Below, piece by piece: positions 17,704 to 27,379 of a DNA stretch of 64,000 nucleotides. The notes beneath the pieces are model-generated. The model was not told the DNA's origin, searched no databases, and worked only from the letters and a program-made list of their open reading frames with translations. This DNA comes from a virus. The translations under genes were made by a program, and so were the position numbers. The stretch is from positions 32,001 to 96,000 of IMG/VR virus record IMGVR_UViG_3300036857_000619. One strand, written 5' to 3'. The first letter of the stretch is position 1, and the number at the start of each line of letters is the position of its first letter.

Positions 17704-18780
17704 TTAGCGGACCGTGACGCCCGCTTCTACAGCATTGACCGCGGCTGAGGTCCAGGCAGCGCCGGTGTTGGGATCTGTTTCCCAGCGGCTCACGACGTAG
17801 TTGGCGCTGGTTCCCAGCGCGGCGGCGGCCGCTTCGCTGGTGGTCGCGCCGCTTTTGAGAGTGGGCGCCAGCGATCCCGCGCCCGCGTCCGAGTTCTGCG
17901 CCAGCGCGATGGCCTCCACCACGTTGATGGAAAACCCCGCGGGCACATCCGTCATCGCATACAGATCGCGGTCACCCACGTTGGCCGACATCACGTAGTC
18001 GGACATGGACGGCGGCACCTCGTCCACCTGGCTCCAGTTGGCGCCGGAGTCCGTGCCGCCTCGCGTCAGCACGGTGCTGCTGCCCGCGCCGCTGGGTGTG
18101 AGCAGAATGACGCGCCCGTCGCCGGGACGGCCGTTATTGAGTGTGCCGTTGGTGTCGTTGACGGCCAGATCGTCGTACGCGTAGTAGGTGCCGGTCGTCG
18201 GAGCAACCCCACTGAGCAGCGTCAAGCCCACCTGAAGCACCTGGACGTTCAGCGTGCTGCTGGCCGTGTTGTCCACGCCGCTCACGTTGATGACCTGGCT
18301 CCCATCCAGCCAGAGCTCGCTGGTGCCGCTGGTCGCGCTGGTGATCTGCGTGCGCCATTCGATCACGTGCCAGCTGTCGGGCGGGCAAGCCGCGTTGGAC
18401 GAGGCAATAGAACCTCCCGAAGCGAGTGAGCCCGGCGCGCGGTAGATGCGCAGCAGACCATCAGTCGCCGACCAGCTCAACTGGGTCTGCTGTTGCCCGG
18501 TTGACTCAAGCCACTGCGCGATGGCTTCTTCCGTCGAATTTGTGGCGTGCGCGTAGAACGCAAACCGAACCCACACGTCCGTCTTCGGTGCGGGAAGCAC
18601 GAAGCTCTTGTAGGTCAGAGCGGCGCCGGACGCGATCTGGGCGTATTTCAGGCAGAACGTGCCCGCGCGAGGCGTCGGCGTGGTGCTGACGACCGTGAGC
18701 GTCGTGTTACCCCCGATGGTTGAGGTGCCAGCCTCGTTGACGTCGCCGGTCTCCCAGCCACATGTGAGTAAACGCGTCAT
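17704..18780 (-). CDS. ConA/LamG-like putative receptor-binding protein, paralog A1
   Basis: MTRLLTCGWETGD...WHVIEWR...WLDG...DDLAVNDT.GT.NNGRPGDGRV...ETDPNT.AAW..AGVTVR; ATGA overlap. Confidence 0.75.
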   Translation of the reverse strand: MTRLLTCGWETGDVNEAGTSTIGGNTTLTVVSTTPTPRAGTFCLKYAQIASGAALTYKSFVLPAPKTDVWVRFAFYAHATNSTEEAIAQWLESTGQQQTQLSWSATDGLLRIYRAPGSLASGGSIASSNAACPPDSWHVIEWRTQITSATSGTSELWLDGSQVINVSGVDNTASSTLNVQVLQVGLTLLSGVAPTTGTYYAYDDLAVNDTNGTLNNGRPGDGRVILLTPSGAGSSTVLTRGGTDSGANWSQVDEVPPSMSDYVMSANVGDRDLYAMTDVPAGFSINVVEAIALAQNSDAGAGSLAPTLKSGATTSEAAAAALGTSANYVVSRWETDPNTGAAWTSAAVNAVEAGVTVR

Positions 18781-19838
18781 CGCACCGTAACCCCCGCTTC
18801 CGCGCCGTTGACGCCGGCGAACGTCCAGGGCTGCCCCGTATTCGGGTCGGTCTCGCGTGCCAGCCGCGGGTAGGCGGGCCACATGCCCAGCGTCACGGCC
18901 GAGCCTTCCAGCACGGCGGCGCCACTTTTGAGCGTGGCCGCGGCCGCGGCTTCGCCCGCGTCGCCCTTTTGCGCCTGGGCGACCACGTCTACCGCGTAGA
19001 TCACCACTGGCGGAGCCGCCAGGTCGGTGATGGCGTACAGGTCGCGGTCGCCGGGCGTGGCGGACTGGACGTAGTCCGCCACGGACATCGGCGACTCGTC
19101 CACCTGGCTCCAGTTGGCGCCGCTGTCGGTCCCGCCGCGCGTCAGCATCGTGCTGCTGCCAGTCCCACTCGGCGGCAGAAAGACCACCCGGCCGTCACCC
19201 GGCCGCCCGTTGTTGATCGTGCCGGTCGTGTCGTTGATGGCCAGGTCGTCGAAACAGTGGTAGCTAGCCCCCCGCACTACGCCGATACACCCGATACGCA
19301 GCTGCCCGATCGTCAGCAGCGTGGTCGCCGCGTTGTTGTCGCCGGAGAAGAGGATGATCTGCATGCCATCCAGCCACACCTCGGTGATGCCGCTGGTAGT
19401 GCTGCTCATCTGATGCCGCCATTCGAGGGTGTGCCAAACAGCCAGCGACACGCTCACGCTGGACGTCGCGACCACCGTGCCGTTGCTCCCCTGACACGCG
19501 TCGATGAATTGAGTGCTGCGCAAGCACAGCGAGGCCAGCGCCACGCCGTTTGGATCGCGCAACTCGCAGAACGGCGCGATGCTATCGCCGGAGGCGCCGC
19601 CGTTGTATAGCTGGAAGTTTCCCGACCACCGTACCCAGACTTCGTTTGCAGCCGGACCGAACACAATCGTTTTGTAGGAACTATCGAAGGACGCGCTTGG
19701 CGTCCACGCCTTGATGCAGTACGCCGTGCGCGGCGTCGGGGACGTGTTGACCGCCGTCACGCTGCCGATGTTGGTGTAATCGAAGCCCAGCTCGCTGGAG
19801 TCACCCGATTCCCAGCCGCACGTCACCAGGCGGCTCAT
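18777..19838 (-). CDS. ConA/LamG-like putative receptor-binding protein, paralog A2
   Basis: MSRLVTCGWESGD plus same conserved motifs; ATGA overlaps. Confidence 0.75.
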   Translation of the reverse strand: MSRLVTCGWESGDSSELGFDYTNIGSVTAVNTSPTPRTAYCIKAWTPSASFDSSYKTIVFGPAANEVWVRWSGNFQLYNGGASGDSIAPFCELRDPNGVALASLCLRSTQFIDACQGSNGTVVATSSVSVSLAVWHTLEWRHQMSSTTSGITEVWLDGMQIILFSGDNNAATTLLTIGQLRIGCIGVVRGASYHCFDDLAINDTTGTINNGRPGDGRVVFLPPSGTGSSTMLTRGGTDSGANWSQVDESPMSVADYVQSATPGDRDLYAITDLAAPPVVIYAVDVVAQAQKGDAGEAAAAATLKSGAAVLEGSAVTLGMWPAYPRLARETDPNTGQPWTFAGVNGAEAGVTVR

Positions 19839-20893
19839 CGCGCCGTGATCCCAACTTCCGCGGCGTTCACCGCCGCCGGCGTCCACGCCGCGGAAGTATT
19901 CGGATCGGTTTCGTACTGGGTGCGGACATACGCGGGCGTGGTGGTGAGCGCTGAGGCAGCCGCCTCGTTGATCGTCGTTCCGCTTTTGATGGTCGGCGCC
20001 AGACTGGCCCCCACGTCCACGGCCTGCGCCAGCACGAGGTTGTCCACCGCGTTCACGCTCGTGGTGATGGCAGGTAGATCGGCCACGGCGTACAGATCGC
20101 GGTCCCCGATGGTGAAGGATTCGACGTAGTCGGTCATCGCCATGGGGTTGTCGTCGACCTGACTCCAGTTCGCGCCGCTATCCGGCCCGGAGAGCCGCAG
20201 CCACGTGGTGGAGCTGCCCACAGCGTTCGGAGTGAGCAGCACCACCCGGCCATCGCCGGGGCGGCCGTTGTTGATGGCGCCGGTCGTGTCGTTGATCGCC
20301 AGATCGTCGACCGCGTGCCACCAGTAGCGGGTGGACCCCCAGACGCCGAGGTCCAACTGCGCGACGTTCAGCAGCGTGCCGGCCGAGTTGTCGCCGGAGA
20401 AGCTGATCTGCTGGCTGCCGTTGACCCACAGCTCGGTGATGCCCTGCGTCAGGCTGGTCATCTGGTGCCGCCATTCGAGCGTATGCCACACCAACAGCGG
20501 CGCCGACTGGCTGGTGCCGAGTAGTGTGGTGTTGGTCGCGCCACCCTGGCGTGCGCGGATGAACCCGTCGACCCTCGAGTACGTGAGGCACGCCACCGCC
20601 GTCCCGCCGCTATCTCGCAGTCGGGCCACCATCCACTCGGTGCCACCCGCTAGCTGCGGACTGCGAAATTGCGCCGCCCAGCGGACCCACACCTCGGTGC
20701 GCGCTCCGAAGTTGAACGTCTTGTAGACGTCCGCGCCCGAGATCGAATTGATGCCCATGCGACAGCACCAGTTGCCCGCGCGCGGCACCGGCGTGCTGTT
20801 GACCGCGAAGATCTCGGCGCTGGGGCCCAGGAAGTTGGTGCCCGCCTCGTTGGGGTCGCCAGTTTCCCAGCCGCACGTCAGCAGGCGGGCCAT
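19835..20893 (-). CDS. ConA/LamG-like putative receptor-binding protein, paralog A3
   Basis: MARLLTCGWETGD plus same motifs; TGATG overlap. Confidence 0.75.
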   Translation of the reverse strand: MARLLTCGWETGDPNEAGTNFLGPSAEIFAVNSTPVPRAGNWCCRMGINSISGADVYKTFNFGARTEVWVRWAAQFRSPQLAGGTEWMVARLRDSGGTAVACLTYSRVDGFIRARQGGATNTTLLGTSQSAPLLVWHTLEWRHQMTSLTQGITELWVNGSQQISFSGDNSAGTLLNVAQLDLGVWGSTRYWWHAVDDLAINDTTGAINNGRPGDGRVVLLTPNAVGSSTTWLRLSGPDSGANWSQVDDNPMAMTDYVESFTIGDRDLYAVADLPAITTSVNAVDNLVLAQAVDVGASLAPTIKSGTTINEAAASALTTTPAYVRTQYETDPNTSAAWTPAAVNAAEVGITAR

Positions 20894-21954
20894 CAGTGCA
20901 CCGTCACTCCAGCCTCGAGCGCATTCAGGTCGGCTACCGTCCAGCCGGCGGTGGTGTCCGGGTTGGTCTGGTACTGCTGGCGGAAATATTGCGGGCTGAT
21001 TGCGAGCGCTTGCGCAGCGCCTTCGGCTGTCGTGGCGCCCGTCTTGAGCGTGGGCGCCACCGACATCGAGCCGACGTCGCTGGTCTGGGCGTAGGCGAGC
21101 GCCTCGACGGTGTTCACCGACCAGCCGCTGGCCGCCGAGGGGACGTCCTGCAACGTGTACAGATCGCGGTGGCCAGCGGTGGCGTCGTACACGAAGTCTG
21201 TCATGGACATGGGCACATCGTCGACCTGCGACCAGTTCGCGCCGCTGTCGGTCCCGCCCCGCAGCAGCTGCGTGCTGCTGCCAGCTCCACTCGGACTCAG
21301 CAGCACCACGCGGCCGTCACCCGGCCGCCCGTTGTTGACCGTCCCGTTGGTATCGTTGATCGCCAGGTCATCGAACGCGTAGTACGGGCCTCCAGAGAGC
21401 ATGGCAGCACCCGTCCCCACAAGAACATTGCCTATATTCAGAGCCGAAGTCTGTGTGTTATCGACGCCGACGAGGTTGAGTGTCTGGGCGCCGTCGAGCC
21501 AGACCTCAACCGTGCCGACGGTCAGCGACGTCATTTGCCAGCGCACTTCGAGTGTGTGCCACTGATCGGCGCTCATTTGCAGCGCACTGGTCCCGAGCAA
21601 GAAGACGGTCGACCGATAGGCGCGTAACAGCGAGTCGCTGGTGGTCCAGGTCACGCGGCCTTGCAACGAGCCAGCGTTGTCGGAGAAGCTGACCAGCGCG
21701 TTTTCGCTGTTCGGGTTCGCGTGCATGAGCACTCCCAGGCGAACCCACACATCCGTCAGCGGGTTGGGGAGAACCCAGTTGACATTGGCGATGTTGACAG
21801 CGCCGATCGCCATGAGCTTCAGACAGTGCGCACCTGGAGCACGTGGCGTTGGTCCGCTGGATACCACCGTCGCGACACCTGGCCCATTCACCGAGAGCAA
21901 GCCCGACTCGTTCGGGTCACCAGTCTCCCAGCCGCAGGTGAACAGCCGCGTCAT
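20893..21954 (-). CDS. ConA/LamG-like putative receptor-binding protein, paralog A4
   Basis: MTRLFTCGWETGD plus same motifs; ATGA overlap. Confidence 0.75.
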   Translation of the reverse strand: MTRLFTCGWETGDPNESGLLSVNGPGVATVVSSGPTPRAPGAHCLKLMAIGAVNIANVNWVLPNPLTDVWVRLGVLMHANPNSENALVSFSDNAGSLQGRVTWTTSDSLLRAYRSTVFLLGTSALQMSADQWHTLEVRWQMTSLTVGTVEVWLDGAQTLNLVGVDNTQTSALNIGNVLVGTGAAMLSGGPYYAFDDLAINDTNGTVNNGRPGDGRVVLLSPSGAGSSTQLLRGGTDSGANWSQVDDVPMSMTDFVYDATAGHRDLYTLQDVPSAASGWSVNTVEALAYAQTSDVGSMSVAPTLKTGATTAEGAAQALAISPQYFRQQYQTNPDTTAGWTVADLNALEAGVTVH

Positions 21955-22874
21955 TGGGTCGGCACCGCAAGCACGGGATAGTTGTTCGTGTTGGCCGTCG
22001 ACCCCCAGCCAAAGGGCGTGCGCACCTGTTGCGCGCTCACCGTATGGCGAGTGACCAGGACGAGAATGTAGTTTTCGGCGTTGTAGACCAGCCGCCCGTA
22101 AATCGGCGCCGGGAAGTCGTTCGCCGACGAGGCGTTCCACAAACTCATCGCAAAGCCCGCGGAAAAACACTTGCCGATACGACCCCGGATGCCCGCGGCG
22201 TCCTCGATCACCACGTATGGCCAGAGATAGTTGTTGCCGTCCACCAGACACGCGCGTTGCGGGTTGAGCCATGCCGCTCCTGCCTGTGACCCTCCGTTCG
22301 GCATGGACAGCGTGGCCAGCTTGGCGGTCACCCAGGAGGCAGTGTCGGCCCGATTGCGCGATACCCAGCAGGTGTCGACATCCATCTGGGTGGTCGCGGT
22401 CGGGTTGGCGATGAGCACGACGATGGGATTCGGCTCGCCCGCAAAGTAGGGCACCACATCGCCGAGAAAGAAAACCTGGCGCATGGACCCAAGTGACGCC
22501 GAATCCGCGTTCGTCTCGCCCGCACGCGGGCCTTCAATCGACATGAGCAAATGGTCCTGGCCGGCGCTGACCATCGCATGGATCGTGTCGGTGGTCGCAC
22601 CGGTCACCGAGTGCCAGCACAGATACCGCGTGAGCTTGTCGGTGCCGGAACCGGCGCTGTAGCTGCGGTAGACCCCCAGTTGCATGCGCTGCGCGGTCGC
22701 CGCCGCATCCGCCAGATCGACGTTCATCTGCGCCCCGCGCGAGGTCACGGCCTGCATGACGTTGCCCGTGCCGCCCGAGATGTTCGCCCAGTTGGAGGAG
22801 TTGAGAATGCGCGCCTTCATATCGGCGACGATGTTGGCCGGGGTCGAATTAAATTCTGCGAAGTAATTCGGCAT
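21951..22874 (-). CDS. Putative virion structural protein
   Basis: GGAG SD; beta-rich composition; lies within the tail-appendage array. Confidence 0.65.
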   Translation of the reverse strand: MPNYFAEFNSTPANIVADMKARILNSSNWANISGGTGNVMQAVTSRGAQMNVDLADAAATAQRMQLGVYRSYSAGSGTDKLTRYLCWHSVTGATTDTIHAMVSAGQDHLLMSIEGPRAGETNADSASLGSMRQVFFLGDVVPYFAGEPNPIVVLIANPTATTQMDVDTCWVSRNRADTASWVTAKLATLSMPNGGSQAGAAWLNPQRACLVDGNNYLWPYVVIEDAAGIRGRIGKCFSAGFAMSLWNASSANDFPAPIYGRLVYNAENYILVLVTRHTVSAQQVRTPFGWGSTANTNNYPVLAVPTQ

Positions 22875-22883
22875 GCGGTCTCC

Positions 22884-23606
22884 TTACGCCACCACGCCCG
22901 CGTCGGCGGTATTGCTGTCGCGCCCCTTGTAGACAAACGCCGCCACCGGCGTCGGCGATGCGGGAAAATGGCTCAGATTGACGATCAACCCCAGCCAGGC
23001 CGCCGACGTGATCGTCCACTGCAGTCGCGACAGATTCGCCGCGGTGGCCGAGGCGTACGCCACGGCCGTTCTGATCGTCGTGCTCGAGCCGCTTTCGCCG
23101 TTGTTGACGAAGGTGTTGCCCGTCGACGCGCGAGCCGTCGAGGCGGTGTTGTTGGCCCAGGTGGTGGCCGCGATCACCAGATCGCCGACCGCCGGCGTGA
23201 TCGTCCCACTATCCGCGGTCACGCTCGTGCCGGACGTGGGCGTCCCGGCGGTGGCCGTCGGGGCTCCCTGCGACAGATCGGAGTCCACCCAGACGCAGCT
23301 GACGCCCGAGGCCGCCGTTCCGCCGCCGGTGAAATTGACCGTGTAGGAGGTCGGCGCGCCACCGCTGAAGTTGTAGGCAATCCAGATTTCGAGCGCCCGC
23401 GCGCCGCTAGTCGTAAACGCCAGACGCGTCGTCGTCGCGGTGCCGCTGGGAAAGGTGATGCTGGTGACCGCACCGGCCGTCGGCAGCGCGATGGTGAAGA
23501 TCAACAGCGTGGTCAACGGCGAGGGCGGCGTTAGCCCTCCGGCGGCGACGGCCACGCCCGTGGCGGCGGCACCTCCGGTTTGCGAACCGAGTTGGACCGC
23601 GGGCAT
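22884..23606 (-). CDS. Thr/Ala/Gly-rich beta-sandwich putative virion protein
   Basis: GDLVIAA...W motifs typical of tail appendage proteins; TGATG overlap upstream. Confidence 0.65.
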   Translation of the reverse strand: MPAVQLGSQTGGAAATGVAVAAGGLTPPSPLTTLLIFTIALPTAGAVTSITFPSGTATTTRLAFTTSGARALEIWIAYNFSGGAPTSYTVNFTGGGTAASGVSCVWVDSDLSQGAPTATAGTPTSGTSVTADSGTITPAVGDLVIAATTWANNTASTARASTGNTFVNNGESGSSTTIRTAVAYASATAANLSRLQWTITSAAWLGLIVNLSHFPASPTPVAAFVYKGRDSNTADAGVVA

Positions 23607-23640
23607 CAGCGCGTCTGCACCTTCACCATGTACAGCACCA

Positions 23641-24696
23641 CTACCGAACAGTCACACCGCCTTCAAGCGCATCGACGGCAGCCTGAGTCCACGCGGCACC
23701 GGTGTTTGGGTCAATCTCCCAGCGCGCGCCGATGTACGCCGGGCTGGTGCTCAAGTTTTGCGCAGTTGCTTCATCGATCGTCGAACCACTTTTCATCGTG
23801 AGCCCAAACGCGCCCACACCCGGAGCGGCGTTCTGCGCAAACGCCACGGCTTCGATCACATTGATGGGGCCGACACCGCTAGCAGGGGTATCGTTCATCG
23901 TGTAGAGATCGCGATCAGCCACCACGCCGGAACTGACGTACTGCGCCATCGACGGCGGCAGCTCGTTTTCCTGACTCCAGTTCGCACCCGTATCGGTCCC
24001 ACCCCGACTCAAGGTCGTAACCGAACCCGCACCATTGGGCACCAGCAGCACGATGCGCCCGTCACCGGGTCTGCCGTTATTGACCGTGCCGTTGGTGTCG
24101 TTGATGGCGATGTCATCAAACCCGTGGTAAACCGAGCCTCCAGTCCCAGGATTACCCAAGCCCCCAAGTTTGAGGCCAGCTAGATTGAGCGTGGCTGTCG
24201 CGGAATTGTCGCCGCTAAAGTTGACGACCCGCGCCCCATCGAGCCAAAGCTCCGTGGTGCCGGTGCTCGTCGTGAGTAATTGCGTACGCCACTCGATCAG
24301 GTGCCAGGTATCGATGGGAAAGCTGACGGTAGACGTTCCCAGCAGTGCAGGGCCGTACACACGCAGCAACCCGTCTGGCGGGTTATAGCTCAGGTATGTC
24401 TGGACCGCAGCACTGGCATCGGTCAGTTGCGCGAATGGGTACTCTGACAGGGTGCCTGTGGATGGATGTGTGAGAAACGCGAAGCGAACCCAGAGTTCTG
24501 TCCGTGCAGGCAGCACAAAGTTCTTGTAGCCAGTGTTCCCGATAGTGGTCGCCGCGGCTACTTTCAGGCAGTACGCACCGGATCGAGGCGACGGCGTGTT
24601 TGAGACCACCGTCGACGTAGCGTTGGAGTTGTTGACGGTGATCCCCGCTTCATTCACGTCCCCGGTCTCGTAGCCCGTCGTCAGCAGTCTGGCCAT
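23641..24696 (-). CDS. ConA/LamG-like putative receptor-binding protein, paralog A5
   Basis: MARLLTTGYETGD plus DDIAINDTNGTVNNGRPGDGRI and EIDPNTGAAWT. Confidence 0.75.
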   Translation of the reverse strand: MARLLTTGYETGDVNEAGITVNNSNATSTVVSNTPSPRSGAYCLKVAAATTIGNTGYKNFVLPARTELWVRFAFLTHPSTGTLSEYPFAQLTDASAAVQTYLSYNPPDGLLRVYGPALLGTSTVSFPIDTWHLIEWRTQLLTTSTGTTELWLDGARVVNFSGDNSATATLNLAGLKLGGLGNPGTGGSVYHGFDDIAINDTNGTVNNGRPGDGRIVLLVPNGAGSVTTLSRGGTDTGANWSQENELPPSMAQYVSSGVVADRDLYTMNDTPASGVGPINVIEAVAFAQNAAPGVGAFGLTMKSGSTIDEATAQNLSTSPAYIGARWEIDPNTGAAWTQAAVDALEGGVTVR

Positions 24697-26027
24697 CAGT
24701 TGCTCACCCGGTAACCGAACGTGTCGGTCGTGAAGTCACTCGCCAGCCAGCCGCGATGGGCAAACGGATTGCGCTCGAGCGTGGCCGTGGTCAACGCCCA
24801 GCCAGCGTTGAGCGGGCCGTACGTCACCCAGGACGGAACTTCAATGGGCTTCCCTGGCTGGTCAATCGTCAACGTTGGTCCGAGCGCCTGCACGGCTGCC
24901 TCGCCAATCACCGTCTCCAGCGTGGAGTTGATCGTGCCCAGGCGTTTCGTGACGGCAGCGAACTGGACGGCGATGATCCGCCCGTGCGCTGTCAGCGCCT
25001 CCATCGTGTATTGATCCGTAGCCCCGAAGGTGCTGCTCGCCACGTTGGTCGCGTCGTCATCGCTTGTTACGTCAGCCACGTCCTGCCAGTTCTGAGTTGT
25101 CGGCGGCATGGGCGCAAACTGCGTGCGTGGTCCGGCTCCAGTAGGCCGCAGGGTGGTCGTCTTGACCACGCCCAGGAAGTCCGTCACATCTCCAGCCTGC
25201 GTATCAGCGATATACACATCGTCGTAGTCGTAGCACCATTCCCAGATGTCGAGGTCCCCTCCGCCAAGTCCCCAGGTGACGGCCCCGCGACCACCGATCG
25301 CGCCCAGATAGACCCACGGATAGCCGAAGCCGTAGCGGTTCGTTTCCAGTCCACTCTCGTTCAGGATTTCTTCGCCGTCCTGGCGAATCACGATGGTCCC
25401 GTCGGTGGAGATCCTGAATTCCAGGTACGACCAGATGCCTTCGCGCATGACCGGGCGCCTGGTGCGGGCGATCTCCTCACAGAAACGGTCCGCTGCATGT
25501 TGGACGTCGATGGCCAGGAAGTTGCCGCGTGTGATGCGAAATCCCAGATTCAACCGCAGATAGGTGTTCGGTGGATACGGACCACCCAACCCGAATTCCC
25601 ACCTGCTGTCGAAAAAATCCCACGTCTCCGGTCGGCCCAGGCTCAGAAAGTGCATGTCGAAGGAAGAATTCGGATTCCCCAGATAGACGAACACCCCCAG
25701 CGGATGTCCCGCTGTTCGTCTCCAACGCAACGCCATACCGATGACGAGGGTGGTGGCACCTGGCGTCGGGTGGCCGACGAGATAGTACGCCGCACCCCAT
25801 GATTGGTAGTGCATCCGCAGATAATTGCCGTCGCCTGTCCAGCCTGTTGGCCCGACGATGGTCTCTGGTGGAAACGGACCACCTGGCGGAAGCGGGTAAC
25901 CAACTCCGCCCCGGTTGTTACCCGGAATCGAATTCCAATCGTACGTACCCCACTTGGCTACCAGCGCGGTTGGGTCAGCGTTGGTAGCCGTGTACGTGTC
26001 GAAGGAGTCGAAGAAGAGCAGCGTCAC
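24696..26027 (-). CDS. ConA/LamG-like putative receptor-binding protein, paralog B1
   Basis: GTG start (GTGA overlap); LLFFDSFDTY...WSYLEFR...YDYDDVYI...FLGVVK...ERNP...W...D..TDTFG. Confidence 0.7.
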   Translation of the reverse strand: MTLLFFDSFDTYTATNADPTALVAKWGTYDWNSIPGNNRGGVGYPLPPGGPFPPETIVGPTGWTGDGNYLRMHYQSWGAAYYLVGHPTPGATTLVIGMALRWRRTAGHPLGVFVYLGNPNSSFDMHFLSLGRPETWDFFDSRWEFGLGGPYPPNTYLRLNLGFRITRGNFLAIDVQHAADRFCEEIARTRRPVMREGIWSYLEFRISTDGTIVIRQDGEEILNESGLETNRYGFGYPWVYLGAIGGRGAVTWGLGGGDLDIWEWCYDYDDVYIADTQAGDVTDFLGVVKTTTLRPTGAGPRTQFAPMPPTTQNWQDVADVTSDDDATNVASSTFGATDQYTMEALTAHGRIIAVQFAAVTKRLGTINSTLETVIGEAAVQALGPTLTIDQPGKPIEVPSWVTYGPLNAGWALTTATLERNPFAHRGWLASDFTTDTFGYRVSN

Positions 26028-27379
26028 GTGCTCGCCATCCCGTGTTCGGCGTCGGGGGCGTTGAAGTCGTCGGCAACCCACGGCACGCCCGTCAATGGAT
26101 TCAGACCGTAGGGCACCGAATACACCGTGTAGTTGGCGGGCGATGGTCTGACCGACTGCCCGACGAGCTGCCCGGCCCGACGCGTCACGGTCGCGAGCTT
26201 GAAGCTGGTTCCGCTCACATTTTTGGTCGTGTAGACGTACTGCGCACCGAGAATGCGCCGCGGCACGTGCTCCATCGGATAGGTGTCGATCAACCCCGTC
26301 TCCCTGGCGGACACCAGCCCGTTGTCGAAGTCTGGCGTGGGTCGATCACTGACCAGTTGCCAGTTCGCGCCGTCCGGCTGGGGTGTCCAGCCCGTGGTCG
26401 TACCTACCGCACGGGGCCGGATCGCGGTGACCTGAACATCTCCCAGGAACGACACCGGGTCCGGCTCAATCGTATCCAGCATGTACACATCGTCGTAGTC
26501 GTACCGAAAGTTGAACAGAAACGGCCAACTGCTCTGACCACCGATCTTGCCCAGATAAATCGTGTCGTACTGGTTGCCCACGTCGCCTTCCCAGGAGCCG
26601 TAGAGTCTGCCATCGCGCTGCACGGTCATTCTTCCGTTGCCGATACGGAACTCCCAGTAGTGCCACTCGCCAGGCAACGCGGTGTCGGGCGGACCGTTGC
26701 CAAGCTGATTGCCCCACACCGCTTCCTCGAACCCCGACGTGGGCAATCCAGGGCCGTTCGGCTCGAAATGCAGTCCTTCAAACACGACACCGAGCCCGGT
26801 GGAGCCCTGGGCTTCGTCGTAGCTGAATGTCGTGTAGCCCGTGCCGTACGGGTGCCACAGGGCGACAATCGCGGCGTACATCGCTTTGACCGCCTCGCCC
26901 AGACCGATCAGGCCACCATGACCGGGCGGCGGCGGGATGTACACCCGATCCCGTCGGCCGATGCCGATGACCTCGTTGTGGTAGCCAATCAGCGCGCTGG
27001 CCTGGCAGATCCCACGCCGACTGAGGCCCATGAAGTCCCACCCGTAAATGGCTGGCGGGCTTGTCCCAAGCGCCCCGCCGACATCACTGACGTTGACATA
27101 CGGGCGCATGGCGAAACCGACGATCACTTCGTCCTTCGGTTGGGCCAGGTATTTTCCGAGAAAGTTGTACTGGCCGAACTGGTCGTGATAGTTCAGCTCG
27201 AGATAACCCAGACCGTTTCGGCCACCCGTGGCGTGCGTGCGCACTTGTGGTAAATCGCCCCGGCCAGCGAACTGCATGATGCCCCACTTGCTGGCAAGCG
27301 GCCACGCGTTCAGGTTCTCCGGATCGAGCGACAGGTCCATCGTGTAATGGTCGAACGAGTCGGTGAACAGCAAGCTCAC
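26024..27379 (-). CDS. ConA/LamG-like putative receptor-binding protein, paralog B2
   Basis: GTG start (GTGA overlap); LLFTDSFDHY...WHYWEFR...YDYDDVYM...FLGDVQV...NP.TG.PW..DDFN. Confidence 0.7.
   Translation of the reverse strand: MSLLFTDSFDHYTMDLSLDPENLNAWPLASKWGIMQFAGRGDLPQVRTHATGGRNGLGYLELNYHDQFGQYNFLGKYLAQPKDEVIVGFAMRPYVNVSDVGGALGTSPPAIYGWDFMGLSRRGICQASALIGYHNEVIGIGRRDRVYIPPPPGHGGLIGLGEAVKAMYAAIVALWHPYGTGYTTFSYDEAQGSTGLGVVFEGLHFEPNGPGLPTSGFEEAVWGNQLGNGPPDTALPGEWHYWEFRIGNGRMTVQRDGRLYGSWEGDVGNQYDTIYLGKIGGQSSWPFLFNFRYDYDDVYMLDTIEPDPVSFLGDVQVTAIRPRAVGTTTGWTPQPDGANWQLVSDRPTPDFDNGLVSARETGLIDTYPMEHVPRRILGAQYVYTTKNVSGTSFKLATVTRRAGQLVGQSVRPSPANYTVYSVPYGLNPLTGVPWVADDFNAPDAEHGMAST

Noticed and set aside
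15912-27379. Diversity-generating retroelement acting on the paralog array
   Set aside because: No reverse transcriptase in the window and no template/variable repeat pair differing only at adenines.
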